Assembly: GCA_963663865.1 (NCBI GenBank)
Contig: OY760686.1
Span: forward strand, 2,112,001-2,176,000
Direction: 5' to 3'
DNA from: Spirochaetota bacterium
GTDB taxonomy: Bacteria > Spirochaetota > UBA4802 > UBA5550
Length of the DNA: 64,000 nt
A model generated the notes under the pieces. The model was given only the letters and a program-made list of their open reading frames with translations, was not told the DNA's origin and did no database searches. This document shows positions 58,929 through 64,000 of the stretch, in pieces; positions within the stretch are counted from its first letter, which is position 1; the number at the start of each line of letters is the position of its first letter. The position numbers were made by a program, and so were the translations under genes.

Positions 58929-61346
58929 ATGAGCATTAGCAGATATCCGATTTATATGCTGCTGATATTTATCATATCAGCAAACGGACTAAACCTTACG
59001 GCCCAGGAAAATATTCACAGGCTTGAAGGCACAATAAAAAACGCTGAAACCATGCAGCCGGTACCCTTCGCGCTGGTAATAGTTAAAGAGGCTGGGATTG
59101 TTTCCACAGTCAGACAGGGGGGGGCATACAGCCTCACCGTACCAAAGCCCGGCCGCTACTCCGTTACCGTCAGGGCCGGCGGTCTTCAGGAGGTCACAAC
59201 CTCTGTGACTATTTCCGGAACCGTAAGGCTGGACTTTACGCTCAGCGCACCGGGATTATCAACGCCCTCCAAACGCACGATGAAGGCTGTAACAGTAAGG
59301 GGCGCAAGGGAGATTCAGTCTATATCAAGGCAGACGATGACGGTTAAAGAGATCAAGGAGGTTCCAGCCTCATTCGGCGACTCAATTTCCGCCCTGACAG
59401 CCCTGCCCGGCATAAACCGTTCAGGAGGCTTTTTCGGTCCTCTCATAATCAGAGGCGCGGATTCCGCCTCTAACGGCTACCAGATAGACGGCATCCCGAT
59501 GTTCAAGGTCATGCACTTTGGCGGCATTCACTCCGTCATAGCCAATGACCTTATGTCAAGCATTGACCTGTACTCTTCGGCCTTCCCGGCACAGTTTACC
59601 GACGCCCAGGCCGCGGTTATAAACATCAACACGGTTGACGATGTTGACCGGGCCGGCGGAATAGCTGACGTGGGCCTCATATCGGCAAATGCCCTTGTAA
59701 AGTTCCCAATCATTGAACAAAAAAACTACAATGGCAGACAGGTCGATGAGAAGAAGGGCTATGTCATCGCATCAGGACGGGTGGGATACTTCAGCCTCCT
59801 CATTCCAGCATTTTACAAGTACGTTCTCGATAAAGACCTCGACTATCTCCCGAACTACTGGGACTATCAATTCAAGGCGAGGTACAGCTTTAACAGTGAG
59901 CATTCGCTTACCTTTCTTGCCTTCGGAAGCAAGGACACTATTGACCTCATTCTTAAAGAAAGCTGGCTTGAAGAGGGCAGCGACCCGGCTCTGACCGACT
60001 TCAATATCTACAGTAATGATCAGGCACACAGCGCCGGCCTTACCTACAAGTATGAATACAGCAACAGGCTATCCAACAGCCTTCTCAGCTTTATTTCATA
60101 CAACAAAAGCAGGCAGTGGTACGATCTCCCTAATGCGACATCAAGCGAACTCAGCGATCTTGGAATTGATTCAATTCCGACGATTATGGGTCTGAAAGAC
60201 AGCCTGACGGCTGAATGGATTAAGGACCACTCCACACTGAGAGCTGGAGCAGAGGCAAGATATTACATCTTTAAAACTGATGGAAAATCAATAGGTGGAA
60301 CAAAAGACACCGTCGACTTAAACGACCCTGATGCCTTCGAAATTATAGAACTCGGCGATACATATAAAAATGTTTCCTTTACCGGGTATGTCGAAAACAG
60401 GTTCAAATTCGGGGGGCTTCTATTCGTACCAGGTGTGGCCGCTCAGTACCTCTCCAGAGGAAGCAGCTACTTCATCGACCCGAGAGGACTTATCAGCTAC
60501 ACATTTGACACCGGAACGACTATAGGTGCCGCAGGCGGATGGTACAGCATGTTCCACCAGACAATGCCGGAATACTTCTACCAGCTTCCATACATCGCGG
60601 GATCGGAATTCGGTCCGGCGAGGTCAATTCACCGATCAGTAAGCCTGGAGCAGAAAGCCGGCCCTTACACCTTCAAGGTTGAAGGCTTCTATAACAACTT
60701 CTGGAACCAGGGAAACTTTGACAGCTACATAGACGAAAACGGGGAACTCGCCTCAATGCTGATAAATAAGGGAAAGCTCAAGACAAGGGGTTTTGAGATT
60801 ACCGCGAAAGTTAATGATGAGACGGATCAGGGCCTTTTCGGGTGGGTCAGCTATACCTACAATAATGCTGAATACATCACCAATCAAAGCGAGCTTTACA
60901 CGGAATACGGCAAGGAGTGGCTGACATCGCCGTATGACATGACTCACGTACTGAAGCTTGTAGCCGGGTACACTGCCGGGAAAAATACCTTCAGTGCAAA
61001 GTTCCAGTTCAACACAGCGGCTCCGTATACGGCAATAACATCGTCATACTCTGATGACGCGTTTACCGCTGTCACAGGAAAAACACGTATTGTCCCCGTC
61101 TACGGAAAGCCCTACACCGAAAGGCTTGACCCTGAGTACAGGCTCGACGTGAGGTACACAAGGAAAACAAGCCACAGGTGGGGTTATGTGAGCTGGTACG
61201 CGGAGGTTATAGGAATTGTATCTTCACAGACGCAATATGTTGACTGGGATTATCGTTACAACTATGAGGAAGGAGTAAACCCGAAGGTGAAAACAGAAAA
61301 TGGGCTCACATTTCTGCCTAACTTCGGAATCGAAATTAAATTTTAA
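58929..61346 (+). CDS. TonB-dependent outer-membrane receptor with carboxypeptidase-regulatory-like N-domain
   Basis: Signal peptide; plug EIKEVPASFGD…LPGI…IIRG…IDGIP…HFGGIHS; terminal PNFGIEIKF; start after GAGGTG. Confidence 0.92.
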   Translation: MSISRYPIYMLLIFIISANGLNLTAQENIHRLEGTIKNAETMQPVPFALVIVKEAGIVSTVRQGGAYSLTVPKPGRYSVTVRAGGLQEVTTSVTISGTVRLDFTLSAPGLSTPSKRTMKAVTVRGAREIQSISRQTMTVKEIKEVPASFGDSISALTALPGINRSGGFFGPLIIRGADSASNGYQIDGIPMFKVMHFGGIHSVIANDLMSSIDLYSSAFPAQFTDAQAAVININTVDDVDRAGGIADVGLISANALVKFPIIEQKNYNGRQVDEKKGYVIASGRVGYFSLLIPAFYKYVLDKDLDYLPNYWDYQFKARYSFNSEHSLTFLAFGSKDTIDLILKESWLEEGSDPALTDFNIYSNDQAHSAGLTYKYEYSNRLSNSLLSFISYNKSRQWYDLPNATSSELSDLGIDSIPTIMGLKDSLTAEWIKDHSTLRAGAEARYYIFKTDGKSIGGTKDTVDLNDPDAFEIIELGDTYKNVSFTGYVENRFKFGGLLFVPGVAAQYLSRGSSYFIDPRGLISYTFDTGTTIGAAGGWYSMFHQTMPEYFYQLPYIAGSEFGPARSIHRSVSLEQKAGPYTFKVEGFYNNFWNQGNFDSYIDENGELASMLINKGKLKTRGFEITAKVNDETDQGLFGWVSYTYNNAEYITNQSELYTEYGKEWLTSPYDMTHVLKLVAGYTAGKNTFSAKFQFNTAAPYTAITSSYSDDAFTAVTGKTRIVPVYGKPYTERLDPEYRLDVRYTRKTSHRWGYVSWYAEVIGIVSSQTQYVDWDYRYNYEEGVNPKVKTENGLTFLPNFGIEIKF

Positions 61347-61374
61347 AATGTTTCACAACTCAGAAGAGGACATT

Positions 61375-61755
61375 ATGTACAAGAGAATGACAACCGGATT
61401 AGCCGCGGCATTTGTAGCACTGACGGCTCTATCCTGCTCAACAACTAAAATAAGCAGTCAGCCCGCGCTGGCCCCCCTTCAGGGCAGGCAGATCAAGTCG
61501 AACCTTGGGAAGGTGAAGGCCTCCAACTCGGCGGTTTCCATATTCGGCATCTACATGGCAGGTTCGCCTGACATCAATATGGCGGTGGATAAAGCTGTGA
61601 ACATGAAAAAAGCTGACACCCTCATCAACGTCAACTGCTATGAGACCTGGAAGTACTTCCTTCTGTTCTCAATCAGCAGCTGCGTCATTGAAGCTGAGGC
61701 GGTCACACTTGAAGAGAGCCTGACTGCTCCCGCACCGGAAAGGAGGAAGAAATGA
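61375..61755 (+). CDS. small lipoprotein (TRL/DUF6567-like)
   Basis: Lipobox ALS-C; LGKVKAS…SIFGI…AVDKAV…ADTLINV…EAEAV. Confidence 0.7.
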   Translation: MYKRMTTGLAAAFVALTALSCSTTKISSQPALAPLQGRQIKSNLGKVKASNSAVSIFGIYMAGSPDINMAVDKAVNMKKADTLINVNCYETWKYFLLFSISSCVIEAEAVTLEESLTAPAPERRKK

Positions 61756-62105
61756 AAAAGCTGATAATACTGAGTCTGTTTCCAATTTTCGCGGCCGGCT
61801 GTCTGTCATTTACAAAAGCCCCGGGCGGGACTATGCAGCAAGCAGGCACTCTGGAAAGCCCTGAATTTGAGATTCTCGGGCAGGCTGAAGGCTACAGTTC
61901 CGAGTTTAGACCGCTCTGGTTTCTGCCTTCATTTCAGGGGCTTTCTCAGGAAGATGCAATAAAGGAAGCAGTCAGATCCAGAGGCGGAGACGGACTAATC
62001 GACGTTAGAATAATGAAAGAGCGGGAAGTTTACATTATTGGTACAGTTAACATTTTGAGAGTAACCGGAAAGGTTATCAGATATACAGATAAAACGGAGA
62101 AATAA
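61752..62105 (+). CDS. small lipoprotein (TRL/DUF6567-like)
   Basis: Lipobox AAG-C; EILGQAEG…AIKEAV…GDGLIDV…VTGKVI. Confidence 0.7.
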   Translation: MKKLIILSLFPIFAAGCLSFTKAPGGTMQQAGTLESPEFEILGQAEGYSSEFRPLWFLPSFQGLSQEDAIKEAVRSRGGDGLIDVRIMKEREVYIIGTVNILRVTGKVIRYTDKTEK

Positions 62106-62109
62106 AATT

Positions 62110-62727
62110 ATGATGCAGCTATTGACAATCGGCGAATACTCAATATTTTCAATTATGGGCTTTGCGAGCATACTGGCGCTGGCGGTTGCGATTGAAAAGT
62201 CTCTGCTTTACTCGCAGACGGCCGGAAAAAACGGCGGGATACTCAATTCGATAATAATCGACTTCATTTCCGGAAAGATATCTGCAGCGGGGAAATACGC
62301 GGAAAAGAGCAGCAAAAACGTCTACGCCAGATTTGCTTCATTTATCAAAGAGAACTATAACTCAGGCCCCGGTGCAATGGAGCACCTTATGGAAGCAAAG
62401 ATGATTGAAGAGAGAATATTCCTTGAAAAAAGGCTTATTGTTCTCGGCTCGCTGGGAAACAACGCTCCATTTATAGGCCTTTTGGGCACAGTACTCGGAA
62501 TCATCAAGGCCTTCTACAACCTGGGAGCGCTGGGAAACGCCGGAGCCGAGCTGGTTATGAAGAGCATATCGACAGCGCTCGTTGCCACAGCGGGAGGCCT
62601 TCTCATAGCGATACCTGTTGTCATAGCCAACAACTACTTCAACCGAAAGGTAAAGGTCATCATGCAGAATATGGAACAGATCGCAAAATCCGCTCTGGCA
62701 AGTTATTCAGTCAAGGAGGAAAGATAA
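62110..62727 (+). CDS. exbB: MotA/TolQ/ExbB proton channel protein
   Basis: APFIGLLGTVLGIIKAF, ISTALVATAGGL. Confidence 0.92.
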   Translation: MMQLLTIGEYSIFSIMGFASILALAVAIEKSLLYSQTAGKNGGILNSIIIDFISGKISAAGKYAEKSSKNVYARFASFIKENYNSGPGAMEHLMEAKMIEERIFLEKRLIVLGSLGNNAPFIGLLGTVLGIIKAFYNLGALGNAGAELVMKSISTALVATAGGLLIAIPVVIANNYFNRKVKVIMQNMEQIAKSALASYSVKEER

Positions 62728-63137
62728 TGGGAGCCGGATCACCGAAAGACGACAATGGTACAATCACCGACATCAACATTACACCGATGGTCGATATCAT
62801 GCTTGTCCTTCTTATCATATTCATGGTAACAGCAAATTTTATCAAGAAGGACTCGCTGAATATCAACCTACCCAAAGTGGCCGCCTCTGACCCGAACGTA
62901 AGAGAGTCAACTCAGGTCGCCATGACAAACAAGGGTGAGTTCTATCTGGATGGAAGGGCTGTCACAGAGAGCTTTCTTATTGAAGCGCTGACAAAGGAAG
63001 CGAAATACAGGCCGAATTTAAGGGTGACCCTTTCAGCTGATGAGTCCATATCGTACGGCTCTGTTTCAAGGCTGATGGGGCTCATGCGCAGAGGCGGAGT
63101 CACGAAAATAGCGCTCTCGGTTAACAAAGGAGTCTGA
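62727..63137 (+). CDS. exbD: biopolymer transport protein ExbD
   Basis: INITPMVDIMLVLLIIFMVT. Confidence 0.93.
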   Translation: MGAGSPKDDNGTITDINITPMVDIMLVLLIIFMVTANFIKKDSLNINLPKVAASDPNVRESTQVAMTNKGEFYLDGRAVTESFLIEALTKEAKYRPNLRVTLSADESISYGSVSRLMGLMRRGGVTKIALSVNKGV

Positions 63138-63138
63138 C

Positions 63139-63792
63139 TTGAAAAGTGAATCTATAAAGCTTAATCTCTTCGGCAGGGAAATTGAAGCGGGGCGGCTTTT
63201 CAGGTTTGCTGCGTGCATATCCGCGTCTGTTCACCTGGTGATACTTGGCGTTCTGCTTGTAAACAGACTTCTGCCAGGCGGCAATGCCGAATTCATCAAC
63301 AGCGCTTTAGACATTCGACCTCAGGAGATTGAGTTCGATATACCGCCCGAACTCATCGGAGGGACATCAACCCCCGCTCCGGTAGAGAAGCAGGAATGGG
63401 TCGAAGGAACTTCAAAAACAGGCTCCGATCCCAAACTGGAGGAAGTAAACACCAACAAAATATCCGGTGACGGAACCGATCCTGACGGGTACCTCTTCTC
63501 TTTCAATGGAGACAAGGCCCCGACACCTATCATCGACTTTGACCTGAGGCAGTACTATCCCAAAGAGGCAAAGGAAGCCAATGTCATGGAATATACCGTA
63601 ACGCTCCTCGTTCAGGTGGATGAAAAGGGCAAGCTGGTAAGCGCAAAAATCGCATCCGGAAAAGCTCAGTTCGGCTTCAACAGCGCGGCTATGAAGGTCG
63701 TACGCAGGGCCCGCTTTTCGCCGGGGTACAAATCCGGGAAGCCGGTCGCGATGGCGCATTATCTGCCGATAAGGTTCGTACTGGAGAATTAA
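63139..63792 (+). CDS. tonB: energy transducer TonB
   Basis: TM with SASVH motif; YPKEAK…VDEKG…FSPG…GKPV…IRF. Confidence 0.88.
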   Translation: MKSESIKLNLFGREIEAGRLFRFAACISASVHLVILGVLLVNRLLPGGNAEFINSALDIRPQEIEFDIPPELIGGTSTPAPVEKQEWVEGTSKTGSDPKLEEVNTNKISGDGTDPDGYLFSFNGDKAPTPIIDFDLRQYYPKEAKEANVMEYTVTLLVQVDEKGKLVSAKIASGKAQFGFNSAAMKVVRRARFSPGYKSGKPVAMAHYLPIRFVLEN

Positions 63793-63798
63793 CCCTCT

Positions 63799-63843
63799 GG
63801 CCGGCACGAACCTGTCCCTTCACGCGACAGGTTCGTGCCGGCC
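63799..63843. terminator. 18-bp perfect GC-rich hairpin between convergent genes
   Basis: GGCCGGCACGAACCTGTC-N9-GACAGGTTCGTGCCGGCC. Confidence 0.7.
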
Positions 63844-63851
63844 GGGCAGCT

Positions 63852-64000
63852 TCACATCGTCTGGCCTTCGAATGGATCCTCTGCTGAAAAATCCGGCCTG
63901 AACAAGGCGCTGCTGCCATGTTCCTGCACCCAGCCTTTTGAAAAACCGAGCGAGTAAAACTCAGAAACAACTTGATCGTATTCCTGACGGCTGATACATC
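63852..64000 (-). CDS. 3' end of a PflX-like radical SAM protein (partial; absent from the ORF track)
   Basis: Own translation: …CISRQEYDQVVSEFYSLGFSKGWVQEHGSSALFRPDFSAEDPFEGQTM*; EY…LG…GWVQE…PDF is typical of PflX C-termini. Confidence 0.65.
   Translation of the reverse strand, partial: CISRQEYDQVVSEFYSLGFSKGWVQEHGSSALFRPDFSAEDPFEGQTM

Noticed and set aside
63689-63970. 93-aa minus-strand ORF at the window end
   Set aside because: A different minus frame ending at 63852 gives a recognisable PflX-like C-terminus

Overview
This window is 64 kb of chromosome from a spirochete (phylum Spirochaetota). The assignment rests on cfpA, the spirochete-type long flgK/flgL with fliW-csrA, a stand-alone 5S rRNA and LA_2272-type repeats. 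PFOR suggests an anaerobic lifestyle. I see no transposase, integrase, prophage or CRISPR array. Content in order: tRNA-Arg(TCT) and tRNA-Pro(TGG); an ECF sigma / membrane anti-sigma / exported caspase cassette; tRNA-Arg(TCG); a PPDK-like gene, a conserved hypothetical and cfpA; VWA and DUF6602-like genes; a probable 6S RNA; nifJ; archaeal-type aroA'/aroB'; flgN-flgK-flgL-fliW-csrA under a sigma-28 promoter; lolD and lolC/E; a four-gene envelope operon; GHL10 and PQQ-propeller-OmpA genes; 5S rRNA; tandem GH16 lipoproteins; a degenerate SpoIIE phosphatase; patatin, dprA, mltG; a glycine cleavage operon with lipA; a frameshifted PAS histidine kinase; and a TonB-ExbBD-receptor operon. Three candidate systems stand out. 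(1) At 27.6-34.9 kb, an apparently split bacterial large-lipid-transfer-protein (vitellogenin/MTP-like) system, with an orphan double-TAXI binding lipoprotein and a porin. (2) At 4.9-10.5 kb beside cfpA, a PPDK homolog with a decayed nucleotide-binding domain but intact His and PEP domains, paired with an HPr-like histidine-domain protein, which suggests a PTS-like phosphorelay. (3) At 0.9-4.7 kb, a caspase-gated ECF sigma cassette. All calls come from motif recognition by eye; no database searches were run.
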